A stretch of DNA of 64,000 nucleotides from an uncultured Alphaproteobacteria bacterium (GTDB lineage: Bacteria > Pseudomonadota > Alphaproteobacteria > Sphingomonadales > Sphingomonadaceae). This document shows positions 18,438-27,486 of the stretch, one piece after another; within the stretch, counting starts at the first letter, position 1, and each line of letters starts with the position of its first letter. Position numbers and translations under genes: made by a program. The stretch lies in the NCBI GenBank assembly GCA_963838735.1, contig CAWISG010000004.1, positions 83,928 through 147,927 on the forward strand. Direction: 5' to 3'. Under the pieces are notes generated by a model that searched no databases, was not told the DNA's origin, and was given only the letters and a program-made list of their open reading frames with translations.

Positions 18438-20528
18438 CTACACCCGTTCCGCCTGCGCCACCGGATCGCTGGCGCGCAGGGCGCTTAGGATGCGGGTGAG
18501 GTGTGCCAGGTCCTGCACTTCCAGATCGATCTCGTACACGCCGAAGGGCGGCTCCACCTGGCTCAGCTCCAGCGCGCGGATGTTGGCCATGTTCTGCGCG
18601 AAGATGGCCGCCATCTCGGCCAGCGCACCGGGCCGGTCGTACAGCGTGGCGCGCATCCGCCCGACCGCGCCCCTGGACTTGCTGCCCCAGCTGAGGTCCA
18701 GCCAGTCGGCGTCGATCCCGGTCGCCAGAGCAAGGCAGTCGACCGTGTGCACCTCCACCGCCTCGCCCGTCTTGCGCAGGCCCACGATGCGGTCGCCGGG
18801 CACCGGTCGGCAGCAGTCCGCCAACGTGAAACCCACCCCCGGCGTCAGCCCGCGAATGCTGATCGCGCGCTCCTGTTTGTTCCAGTCCTCCTCCGTCATC
18901 ATGTCCGCCGTGCAGCCCGGCACCAGCGCTTCCATGACCTCGCGGTTCTCGATGCGTGCCGCACCGATGGCGTACATCAGCGCCTCTTCGTCCGCCATGT
19001 CGAGCCGCTTCACCGCCTCGCGCAGTGCCTTCTTGCCGATCTTGGCGGGCACGCGCAGCGCGATATCGTCGAACAGCTTGGCGCCGATCTCGGCGATTTC
19101 GGCGCGTTCCTTCAACCGTACCGCGCGCCGGATGCCCGCGCGTGCCTTGCCTGTTACCACGAAGCCGAGCCACCCCATCTGCGGTTCGGCAGTATCGCTC
19201 TTGATGATCTCCACCACGTCGCCATTGGCCAGCTGCGTGCGCAGCGGCATGTGCCGTCCGTTGATCTTGACCCCCACCGTCTGTCCGCCCAGATCGGTGT
19301 GGACAGCAAAGGCGAAATCCACCGCTGTCGATCCCTTGGGCAACTGGAACAGCGCGCCCTTGGGCGTAAAGGCGAAGATGCGGTCCTGGTATATCGCCAG
19401 CCGGGTATGCTCCAGCAGCTCCTCGGCATCGTGGCTGGCATCGACGATCTCGATAAGGTCGCGCAGCCAGCTGACTTGCCCGTCGGGCCGGTCGCCCTGC
19501 TTGTAGGCCCAGTGCGCGGCGAGGCCGAATTCGTTGCGCTGGTTCATGTCGGCGGTCCGGATCTGCACTTCGACCCGCATCGAATTTTCGTAAATCAGCG
19601 AGGTGTGAAGCGAGCGATAGCCATTGGTCTTGGGCGTCGAGAGGTAGTCCTTGAAGCGGCCGGGAATGAACTGCCACGCGCGATGCAGCACACCCAGCGC
19701 GGCGTAGCAATCGGCTTCGCTGTCGGTGATGACACGAAAAGCCATGATGTCGCTGACCTGTTCGAACGGCAGGTGGCGCTCCGCCATTTTGCGCCAGATG
19801 GAATAGGGGTGTTTCTCGCGCCCCGATACCTCGACCCGCAGCCCCGCTTCGGCCAGCGCCTGCTTGATGGCGAGCGCGATGGCGTCGACTTCCCTGCCAC
19901 CGCCTTCCCTGAGTTGCTCCAGCCGGCCGGTGATGGTGGCGTAGGCTTCCGGCTCCAGCTGTTCGAAGGCGAGCAGCTGCATCTCGCGCATGTATTCGTA
20001 CATGCCGACCCGCTCCGCCAGCGGAGCATAGATATCCATCGTCTCGCGTGCGATGCGGCGGCGCTTGTCCGGGTTGGCAATGAAATGCAGGGTACGCATA
20101 TTGTGCAGCCGGTCCGCCAGCTTGACCAGCAGCACGCGGATATCCTCGCTCATCGCGAGCAGGAACTTCCTGAGGTTCTCCGCTGCCCGCTCGTCTTCGG
20201 GCATGGTCTCGATCTTGCTCAGCTTGGTGACGCCATCCACCAGCCGCGCGACGTCGGGGCCGAAATTGGCCTCGATATCCTCGATAGTCGCCAGCGTATC
20301 CTCCACGGTATCGTGAAGCAGCGCGGTCATGATGGTTTCCTGATCCAGTTTCAGGTCGGTCATCAGCCCGGCGACCTCGACCGGGTGGCTGAAATAGGGA
20401 TCGCCGCTGGCGCGTTTCTGGCTGCCGTGCTTCTGTACGGTATAGACGTAGGCGCGGTTCAGCGCCGCCGCGTCGGCATCCGGGTCGTACGCCTGGACCC
20501 TTTCCACAAGTTCGTATTGCCGCAGCAT
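18438..20528 (-). CDS. spoT: bifunctional (p)ppGpp synthetase/hydrolase (RelA/SpoT homologue)
   Basis: HD-domain motifs HGSQKRASGDPYFSHPVEV and LLHDTVEDT, synthetase region YRSLHTSL, and TGS and ACT-like C-terminus. Start chosen at MLRQYELVERV. Confidence 0.95.
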   Translation of the reverse strand: MLRQYELVERVQAYDPDADAAALNRAYVYTVQKHGSQKRASGDPYFSHPVEVAGLMTDLKLDQETIMTALLHDTVEDTLATIEDIEANFGPDVARLVDGVTKLSKIETMPEDERAAENLRKFLLAMSEDIRVLLVKLADRLHNMRTLHFIANPDKRRRIARETMDIYAPLAERVGMYEYMREMQLLAFEQLEPEAYATITGRLEQLREGGGREVDAIALAIKQALAEAGLRVEVSGREKHPYSIWRKMAERHLPFEQVSDIMAFRVITDSEADCYAALGVLHRAWQFIPGRFKDYLSTPKTNGYRSLHTSLIYENSMRVEVQIRTADMNQRNEFGLAAHWAYKQGDRPDGQVSWLRDLIEIVDASHDAEELLEHTRLAIYQDRIFAFTPKGALFQLPKGSTAVDFAFAVHTDLGGQTVGVKINGRHMPLRTQLANGDVVEIIKSDTAEPQMGWLGFVVTGKARAGIRRAVRLKERAEIAEIGAKLFDDIALRVPAKIGKKALREAVKRLDMADEEALMYAIGAARIENREVMEALVPGCTADMMTEEDWNKQERAISIRGLTPGVGFTLADCCRPVPGDRIVGLRKTGEAVEVHTVDCLALATGIDADWLDLSWGSKSRGAVGRMRATLYDRPGALAEMAAIFAQNMANIRALELSQVEPPFGVYEIDLEVQDLAHLTRILSALRASDPVAQAERV

Positions 20529-20660
20529 TGCATCCGCGAATGTGCGCGGCGCGGGGCACGGGGGCAAGCGGAAACGTGCGTCGGGGTTATGCGGCGCACC
20601 AAACGTTCCCGTAACCTATGTCGTCAAGACTACCAGATTGGGCGCGCGTAGAAACGCGAC

Positions 20661-21206
20661 ATGGAACGCGAGTTTTCCCTGTTCGAAACCAGTTTCCCGC
20701 AACTGGCGGAAGTGGCGCTGACGGCGGTTCTGGCCTATTTCGCCATCATCCTGATCGTACGCGTGAACGGGTCGCGCACGACGGCGGAACTCAACAGTTT
20801 CGACTGGTTAATCAACGTGATGATCGGCAGCCTGGCGGCCAGCGGGGTCGTTCTGGAAGCGGTCTCACTACTCGATGCCCTGCTCGCGATCGTGGTGCTG
20901 ACCGGGCTGCAATTTGCGCTCACCTGGCTGACGCAGCGTTACGAGGTGGCCAACGATATCGTGAAGGCGCAGCCGGTTCTCTTGTCGCACAAGGGCGAAT
21001 ACCTGGAAGACGCCATGCGTGAGACGCGGGTGTCAAAGGACGAAATCATGACCGTCCTGCGCGAAAACGGCATGACCTCGCTGGCGGACGCCAACTGGGT
21101 CATCCTGGAAACCAATGGCCAGCTTAGCGTCATCCCTGCAAACGCCGCGCAATCCATCGACGCAGTCGATACGTTGCGTCAGGTAAAGAAGCCCGACTTG
21201 GACTAG
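20661..21206 (+). CDS. DUF421 (YetF-like) membrane protein
   Basis: 181-aa ORF with two N-terminal TM helices and ELNSFDWLINVMIGSLAA, resembling the YetF family. Confidence 0.75.
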   Translation: MEREFSLFETSFPQLAEVALTAVLAYFAIILIVRVNGSRTTAELNSFDWLINVMIGSLAASGVVLEAVSLLDALLAIVVLTGLQFALTWLTQRYEVANDIVKAQPVLLSHKGEYLEDAMRETRVSKDEIMTVLRENGMTSLADANWVILETNGQLSVIPANAAQSIDAVDTLRQVKKPDLD

Positions 21207-21238
21207 CGGCGAGTCTACCGTGCCGGCCGAACCGCGGT

Positions 21239-23182
21239 TTACCGGCCCAGCACCCTGTCCACCCCCAGCTGCGTTATCGAATGGTAGCGCGGGCGTGCTT
21301 TGGCGTAGATGCGCTGCGCATTGCGCCGGCCCCAGTCGCCCTGCGCCGCCAGTGTCGCGAACAGCGGGCGCACGAATTTGGCGCGGCCCACGCGGGTCAG
21401 GAACTCCTCCGCCAACGGCAGCACGCGTTCGTTGCGGTTCTCCAGCGCCAGTTCCAGCCACAGGAACAGGATTTCGTTGTTCTCGCTGTCCGACAGGCGC
21501 AGCGCCTCGTCCAGCGCGGCCAGCTCCGCCTCGTCCAGCTCGCGTGGCAGGTTGGCGAGGAACCGCTGGCGTTCCGCGGATGTCCAGCCCTGCCACGCGT
21601 CGTCCGCCAGTTCGCGCCGGTCGGTGAACGCCTTTGCCGCCGCGTCCACTTCGGCAAACGCCTTGGGATTGGGTCGATGCACATTGGACGGCAGGCCCGG
21701 CTCGAAAATCCATTCGCGCAACATCAACGCCTCGGCTTCTTCCTCGTCCGCCACCAGATTCTCCTGCATGTCGGACAGCATCATGGCCGACGTCGCGGGC
21801 TGGAACGCATGGTTGTCGAACCACTGGCGCAGCCATGCATCGAACCGCTCGCGCCCGACGATGTGTTCCACTGTCCGCATGAAATAGGCGCCCTTGTCGT
21901 AGGCGATGGCGCTGCCGACCAGCTCGCCCTGCCCGTCATTATGCAGCGCGGTGCCGGGCGCATCCTCGCCGACATCGGCCAGCGTTTCCTCGATACTGGT
22001 GAAACTGAGCGCCGCTTCCTGTTCCGCGCGTTTCTTGCCGTAGACTTCCTCGACGATGCGGTTCTCGAAATAGCTGGTAACACCTTCGTTCAACCAGCCA
22101 TCGCCCCACACCGCATTGGTAACGAGATTTCCCGACCAGCTATGCGCCAGCTCGTGCGCGATCAGGCCGTTGTTCGACTTGTCGCCCGCGATGAAGGTGG
22201 GCGTCAGGAAGTTCATTACCGGGTTTTCCATCCCCCCGTAGGGGAAGGCGGGCGGCAGCACGATCATGTCGTATCGACCCCAGCGATAGGAGCCGTATAG
22301 CGCCTCGGCGGCATCGATCAGCGCCTCGGTATCGGACAGTTCCGCCGCCGCCGCCTCGATCTGCGCCGGTTCGGACCAGACGCCCGAGCGCGGGCCGAGT
22401 TCGCGGAACACGATATCTCCCGCCGCGATGGCAATCAGGTAGGGCGCAACGGGCTTGTCCATTGCAAAGCTGAAGGCGCGACGCGCACCCCGCGCCTCAT
22501 CGCCTGCCTCGTCGATGGTCTCTGCTGCAATCTTTTCAGGCTCGCCCTGCGACAGGCCGGACATCACCACCGTCAGGTCCGCCGGCGCAGTGATGCGCGC
22601 CGACCAAGTCTGGCGAATGCCGGGGCTGTCCTGTGTGGGAATCCAGGTGCGGTTGAGGATCGGTTGGCCTTGGCTGAACAGATAGGGCTTTTCGCCACCC
22701 AGCGTCTGTTCCGGCGTCAGCCATTGCAGCGCCTCGGCCTCGCTCGCGGAATAGCCGATGGTCAGCTCGCGCGCCTGCCCCATGGTTACCGTCACCGGTT
22801 CACCCATCCCCTTGACACGCGCACCGATCTCGAACGGCAGCGGGCGACCGTCCTTGTCGGTGATCGACGCGATATCGAGGCCGTCGCTGTCGAGCACGAT
22901 TGTGTCCACGTCCGCCTTCGCGATAACGTCCAGCATCGCCGTGCCCGCCACTAGCTCGCGGTCGAAATCCAGATCGAGATCGAGATCGACATGCACCACC
23001 CGCGCTTCCAGCGGACGCGCGAAGCTCTGGTCATCGACCGCGTCCGGTGTGGTCAGGACCGGCGCGACCTGTGGGCCGCCCCCACCTGCATTGTCAGGCA
23101 CATCGCACGCGACGAGCGACAGGGCGGAGAGAAGTGCGAGGTTGCGCAGCTTGGAGAAGGTCATGGATAGCAATCTAGCCAA
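21239..23182 (-). CDS. M1 family metallopeptidase (aminopeptidase N / LTA4 hydrolase-like), secreted
   Basis: HELAHSWSGNLVTNAVWGDGWLNEG (HEXXH-X18-E) and a GGMENP (GxMEN) motif, with a signal peptide. Confidence 0.9.
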   Translation of the reverse strand: MARLLSMTFSKLRNLALLSALSLVACDVPDNAGGGGPQVAPVLTTPDAVDDQSFARPLEARVVHVDLDLDLDFDRELVAGTAMLDVIAKADVDTIVLDSDGLDIASITDKDGRPLPFEIGARVKGMGEPVTVTMGQARELTIGYSASEAEALQWLTPEQTLGGEKPYLFSQGQPILNRTWIPTQDSPGIRQTWSARITAPADLTVVMSGLSQGEPEKIAAETIDEAGDEARGARRAFSFAMDKPVAPYLIAIAAGDIVFRELGPRSGVWSEPAQIEAAAAELSDTEALIDAAEALYGSYRWGRYDMIVLPPAFPYGGMENPVMNFLTPTFIAGDKSNNGLIAHELAHSWSGNLVTNAVWGDGWLNEGVTSYFENRIVEEVYGKKRAEQEAALSFTSIEETLADVGEDAPGTALHNDGQGELVGSAIAYDKGAYFMRTVEHIVGRERFDAWLRQWFDNHAFQPATSAMMLSDMQENLVADEEEAEALMLREWIFEPGLPSNVHRPNPKAFAEVDAAAKAFTDRRELADDAWQGWTSAERQRFLANLPRELDEAELAALDEALRLSDSENNEILFLWLELALENRNERVLPLAEEFLTRVGRAKFVRPLFATLAAQGDWGRRNAQRIYAKARPRYHSITQLGVDRVLGR

Positions 23183-23206
23183 TCCGCCTCCGCAAGGACA
23201 GGGGGT

Positions 23207-24064
23207 TCAGGACCACATCGCCATCGGCGGCAGGCTCATCAGGATCGCGTCGATATTGCCGCCCGTCTTCAGCCCGAACAGCGTGCCGCGATCGTAAACC
23301 AGGTTGAATTCGGCATAGCGCCCCCGCCACTCGAGCTGGTGCTGGCGGTTGGCCTCATCGAACGGCGTGTCCATCCGGCGGCGGACCAGTTGCGGAAAGA
23401 TGTCGAGGAATGCCTCGCCCACGTCCTTCGTGAAGGCGAAGTGCCGGTTGAACGCGGGTAGGTCATCGCATTCCAGATGGTCGAAGAAGATACCGCCGAC
23501 GCCGCGATGCACCTTGCGGTGGGGAATATAGAAATAGTCGTCCGCCCATTTCTTGAACCGTTCGTGATAGGTCGGGTTGTGCGCAGCGCAGGTTGCCCGC
23601 AGGCAGGCGTGGAAATCGGCGGTATCTTCTTCATACGGGATCGGCGGATTGAGGTCCGCACCGCCGCCGAACCATGCCTTGCCTGTCGTCAGGAACCGGC
23701 AATTCATATGCACGGCGGGCACGTGCGGGTTGACCATATGCGCCACCAGGCTGATGCCGGTTGCGGTGAAGCCGGGTTCCTCCGCGCTCGCCCCGTGCAC
23801 GCTGGCGGCGAAATCGGGTGCAAAGCTGCCGCGCACGGTGGAGACGTTGACGCCGACCTTTTCGAACACCTGCCCCTTCATCGCGCCCTGCACCCCGCCG
23901 CCGGGATCGTCATTGCCCGCTTCCTCGCGGTTCCATGCGGTAAAGGCGAAGGCGGCATCGGACCCCGCCTCGCGCTCGATGGCCTCGAACTCGGCGCAGA
24001 TGCGGTCGCGCAGGGCTTCGAACCAGGTGCGGGCGGCGTGTGTCTGTTCGTCCATCGTCGTCAT
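23207..24064 (-). CDS. hemF: oxygen-dependent coproporphyrinogen III oxidase
   Basis: C-terminal 285 codons of ORF 23207..24739 starting MTTMDEQTHAARTWFEALRD. Characteristic motifs HMVNPHVPAVHMNCRFL, WFGGGADLNP, RGVGGIFFD, RGRYAEFNLVYDRGTLFGL. Confidence 0.95.
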   Translation of the reverse strand: MTTMDEQTHAARTWFEALRDRICAEFEAIEREAGSDAAFAFTAWNREEAGNDDPGGGVQGAMKGQVFEKVGVNVSTVRGSFAPDFAASVHGASAEEPGFTATGISLVAHMVNPHVPAVHMNCRFLTTGKAWFGGGADLNPPIPYEEDTADFHACLRATCAAHNPTYHERFKKWADDYFYIPHRKVHRGVGGIFFDHLECDDLPAFNRHFAFTKDVGEAFLDIFPQLVRRRMDTPFDEANRQHQLEWRGRYAEFNLVYDRGTLFGLKTGGNIDAILMSLPPMAMWS

Positions 24065-24109
24065 GCGCGCGACCTTGCCAAAGCCATTCCGGCACGGCAA
24101 TAGGCGGTC

Positions 24110-24817
24110 ATGGTTCCCGTTTCGTTCGCCCCTCTCGATTTTGCCGGTGACGAGTTCATCCTGACGCGCAGCAATGCGCTGTTCTGGCCGCGCGAGAATG
24201 CACTGCTGCTGGCGGACCTTCATCTGGAAAAGGGCAGCTTCTTCGCGCGGCACGGGCAGATGGTGCCGCCCTATGATTCGCGCGAGACGCTGGAACGGGT
24301 GGCGTTGGCGATCCGCCAGACGGGGGCGCGACGCGTCTATACGCTTGGTGACAATTTCCACGACAGCGATGGGTCGCGGCGGCTGGAGGAACATGCCGCG
24401 GGCATGCTCGCGGCGCTGACCCGCGCGGTGGACTGGGTGTGGGTTACCGGTAATCACGACCCGTCGATGGAAGCGCGCAATGGTGGCGCGATTGCGGAAG
24501 AGCTGGCAGTGGGCGGCATGATCCTGCGCCACGAAGCGAAGGCGGGTGAAAAGCGGCCCGAACTGAGCGGCCATTTCCACCCCCGCCTCGAACTGACCGT
24601 CCACCGCCGTCGCATCCGTCGCCCCTGCGCCGTCCGCAGTCGTGACATCGCATCGGGCGGACGCATGATCCTGCCCGCCTTCGGCACCTATACCGGCGGC
24701 ATGCCCGCTGGCGATCCCGCCATCGTCAAGGCGTTGCAACCCGCACAGGCGATCGACGCGGTGGCGGTGGCAGGGAGCAAACTTGTACGGTTCGAACTGT
24801 GGCGCGAAGCGGCCTGA
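24110..24817 (+). CDS. pdeM: metallophosphoesterase, ligase-associated DNA damage response endonuclease PdeM-like
   Basis: LLADLHLEKG, GDNFHD, TGNHD and GHFHP motifs in a 235-aa protein. Confidence 0.7.
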   Translation: MVPVSFAPLDFAGDEFILTRSNALFWPRENALLLADLHLEKGSFFARHGQMVPPYDSRETLERVALAIRQTGARRVYTLGDNFHDSDGSRRLEEHAAGMLAALTRAVDWVWVTGNHDPSMEARNGGAIAEELAVGGMILRHEAKAGEKRPELSGHFHPRLELTVHRRRIRRPCAVRSRDIASGGRMILPAFGTYTGGMPAGDPAIVKALQPAQAIDAVAVAGSKLVRFELWREAA

Positions 24818-24909
24818 CTGCTCGCAGGCGATCTGAAATAGCCCCTAGCGCCGCGCCCGGGTTGCTCCTACATGGGCGCGTTCACTTTGCATCAACAGGA
24901 GCCTGCCCC

Positions 24910-25452
24910 ATAGCCCGTCCACCACGTCGTTCCATGCAACCGCCGATCAAGAGCGGCCCGCGCTACGACAATCTCATCCAGAGCGACAAGGTTCGCGTCA
25001 TCGATCACGAGGGCGAAAACCTGGGCGTCATGTACACCCGCGAAGCGGTCGAGCAGGCGAACGCGGTCGGCCTTAACCTGGTTGAAGTTTCGCCCAGCGC
25101 CGTGCCGCCGGTCTGCAAGTTCCTCGATGTGGGCAAGCATCGCTACGAGGCGCAGAAGAAAGCCAACGCCGCACGCAAGACGCAGAAAACGCAGGATATC
25201 AAGGAAGTGAAGATGCGCCCGAACATCGACACCCATGATTACGATGTAAAAATGCGCAATGTGAACAAGTTCATCGACAATGGCGACAAGGTGAAGGTGA
25301 CGTTGCGCTTTCGCGGGCGCGAAATGGCGCACCAGCAGCTCGGCATGGATTTGCTGAAGCGGGTGCAGGACGACACGCAGGAAACCGCCAAGGTCGAGGC
25401 TTTCCCACGCCTTGAAGGTCGCCAGATGCTGATGGTACTGTCTCCGCGATAG
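24910..25452 (+). CDS. infC: translation initiation factor IF-3, probable ATA start
   Basis: Conserved IF-3 sequence VRVIDHEGENLGVMYTREAVEQANAVGLNLVEVSPSAVPPVCKFLDVGKHRYE. AGGAG (24897-24901) lies 8 nt before in-frame ATA 24910. The first ATG (24934) has no Shine-Dalgarno sequence. Confidence 0.85.
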   Translation: MARPPRRSMQPPIKSGPRYDNLIQSDKVRVIDHEGENLGVMYTREAVEQANAVGLNLVEVSPSAVPPVCKFLDVGKHRYEAQKKANAARKTQKTQDIKEVKMRPNIDTHDYDVKMRNVNKFIDNGDKVKVTLRFRGREMAHQQLGMDLLKRVQDDTQETAKVEAFPRLEGRQMLMVLSPR

Positions 25453-25593
25453 CTTCGTCGCGGCGTCGCATTTGGTCGGCTTGCTCCCCCACTTCGTCGA
25501 ACGGTCGTGTCGGTAATCGTCAAGGATGGATAAAGCCTCCAGAACGTTCACAACACGCTGAATAGTTGCACAAAGCTGAAAATAGGGGATCGC

Positions 25594-26784
25594 ATGTCGT
25601 ACCGCGTACCAACTCGCACGGTGCTCGCCGCAACGGCGGCCGCCCTTGCTTGCACATTGTCGCCTGTCGCCATCGCTCAGGACGACGACGATGCCGTTTC
25701 GGTTACGCGCCCTGCGGCAGATCCGGCGTTCGCCCGCTTCACCCCAAGTCCGGCACCCGTCAAAACCACGCGTATCGATTATACCTTGTGGGACGATGCG
25801 CTTGATTTCTTTGTCTTCCCGATGGGACGCTCCATTCGCGAAGGCGCGCCGAGTGTGGAACCCGGCACCGGCACCCGCCGTGTCTACGGGCACGACTCGC
25901 GTTTCCGGATGGAAGGCAACCGAATCGGCTTCTCCTTCCTGTCGGACGAAGTCATTGCATCGCTGACCGAATATCGCCGCGATCTGGAAAGCCTACCCGA
26001 TCAGCTCGATATTACGACGTTGTCGCGCAACGAACAGCTCGCGTTTTGGATCAACCTCCATAACGTCGCCGTTATCGAACAGATCGCGTTGAATTATCCG
26101 CTGTCGCAGCCGCGCCTTATGAAACTGGGTACGCAGGAATTGCCGCTCGACGAAGCGAAGATGGTAACCGTCAGCGGTGTGGCGATGAGCCCGCGCGATA
26201 TTCGCGAACAGATCGTCTATCCCAACTGGAGCGATCCACGCATCATCTACGGCTTTTTCCGTGGCGACATCGGTGGGCCATCGATCCAGCGCGAAGCCTT
26301 CACGGCGCGCAATCTAACCGAACAACTCAACAAATCCGCGAACGAGTTCGTCAATTCACTGCGAGGCGTTGAGAAAACCGGACGCACGATGCGCGTCTCC
26401 AGGATCTATGCCGAAGCGGCTCCTTTCTATTTTCCGAACTGGCCTGCCGATCTGCGCACCCATCTGGCAACGCAGGCCGAGGACGATGTTATGGCGATCC
26501 TTGCAGAAACGCGGGAAACGCGCGCAACTACCTATGAATTTGACATCGCCGACCTCCAGAAGGGAGAACGCGACCCCGGCCTCGTGACGGTAGATGCGGA
26601 CTATGGCGACGGTAGTGGTTCGCAATTTAACCAAACACGCGTCAACCGCGCCATTGCGCGGCTGGTCGGAGAGCGTGACCGCAAGATCCAGAAGGCGTTC
26701 AAACGCGGCGAACTGGTTGGCCGTGTTACCGTCGTTCCGCTGGACCTCGGCATCGAAGCACCGCCGCCCAAGGAAATCGAATAA
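25594..26784 (+). CDS. secreted DUF547 domain protein
   Basis: Signal peptide, then LAFWINLHNVAVIEQ, typical of DUF547. Confidence 0.75.
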   Translation: MSYRVPTRTVLAATAAALACTLSPVAIAQDDDDAVSVTRPAADPAFARFTPSPAPVKTTRIDYTLWDDALDFFVFPMGRSIREGAPSVEPGTGTRRVYGHDSRFRMEGNRIGFSFLSDEVIASLTEYRRDLESLPDQLDITTLSRNEQLAFWINLHNVAVIEQIALNYPLSQPRLMKLGTQELPLDEAKMVTVSGVAMSPRDIREQIVYPNWSDPRIIYGFFRGDIGGPSIQREAFTARNLTEQLNKSANEFVNSLRGVEKTGRTMRVSRIYAEAAPFYFPNWPADLRTHLATQAEDDVMAILAETRETRATTYEFDIADLQKGERDPGLVTVDADYGDGSGSQFNQTRVNRAIARLVGERDRKIQKAFKRGELVGRVTVVPLDLGIEAPPPKEIE

Positions 26785-26829
26785 CGCGAAATCGAATAGC
26801 GCGAGATCGAATACCGCGACATCGAATAG
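26770..26829. repeat. 15-bp tandem repeat, about 4 copies (CGCGANATCGAATAN)
   Basis: Units at 26770-26784 (degenerate, the last codons of the DUF547 gene), 26785-26799, 26800-26814 and 26815-26829. Confidence 0.8.
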
Positions 26830-26832
26830 CGG

Positions 26833-27282
26833 TTATTCGAACACGGCGGCGGTGTCGGCATCGGTTGTCTCGACGATCGGCTTGCGGCCCCACTTCCACC
26901 AGAAATGCCCTACCGAAGCACCCGTTATCAGGCCGAACAGCCCGAGCAGTATGCCCGATGTGGTTCCACCGAACACGAAGAACACCAGGACCGGCATTCC
27001 CGCCCCGCCAATTCCGCTAAAGAGGGAATAGGTGTTCGCGCCTTCCGTCTGACGGCGCTTGAGAACGGCCGTCAGCGGCAGCACGACGACAAGAAAGCCG
27101 ACCGAAGCGCAGGCCAGCGTCACCATCAGGGGAAAGGCGGCAAGCAGCAGCGCTTCGCCCGGGTTTTCCGACACCATGGACAGGCCGACAAGTACGGTAG
27201 CGATGGACGGCAGGGCGCTGCCCACCAGCGAGCCTGCACCTACGGCTTTCGTGGCGGCGACATACTGGTTCGGCACAGCCAT
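26833..27282 (-). CDS. small membrane protein (149 aa), hypothetical
   Basis: Only the 3-prime 149 codons of the 724-aa ORF look real. They carry four hydrophobic helices (e.g. VGFLVVVLPLTAVL, GMPVLVFFVFGG). The rest is antisense to the PLP-enzyme gene. Confidence 0.55.
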   Translation of the reverse strand: MAVPNQYVAATKAVGAGSLVGSALPSIATVLVGLSMVSENPGEALLLAAFPLMVTLACASVGFLVVVLPLTAVLKRRQTEGANTYSLFSGIGGAGMPVLVFFVFGGTTSGILLGLFGLITGASVGHFWWKWGRKPIVETTDADTAAVFE

Positions 27283-27486
27283 ATCCCGCGCGTGTAATCG
27301 CATCGCGGCGCGGTTACAAACGACATGTTGCAACCGCTTGAACGACGCGGCGCAGGGCGATATTGCGGCACGGACCACACGGCCCCGGCACGGGGAAGCG
27401 TTCCTGCGGAGGTTAGGAACGGGCACCGCGCCGCGCGCTTTTACCGCAACCCCGCCTCCCTGGGGTCTTGCAGGAAGCGACGTGCC

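Noticed and set aside
18319-20651. Very long ORFs overlapping spoT/rsh: 746 aa on the minus strand in a second frame and 716 aa on the plus strand.
   Set aside because: Their translations are Arg/Gly/Ala/Pro-rich low-complexity sequence typical of off-frame and antisense reading of high-GC genes. Only the 18438..20528 frame carries HD, synthetase and TGS motifs.
26770-26829. The tandem repeat as a possible CRISPR array.
   Set aside because: The units are only 15 bp and are directly adjacent with no spacers. There are no cas genes in the window.
27283-27486. Possible SAM riboswitch in the 204-nt leader of the Cys/Met-metabolism PLP enzyme.
   Set aside because: I could not find the conserved SAM-II-type elements (for example the AAAGCU pseudoknot strand) or any other riboswitch core I know. 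An Infernal/Rfam scan would be needed to settle it.
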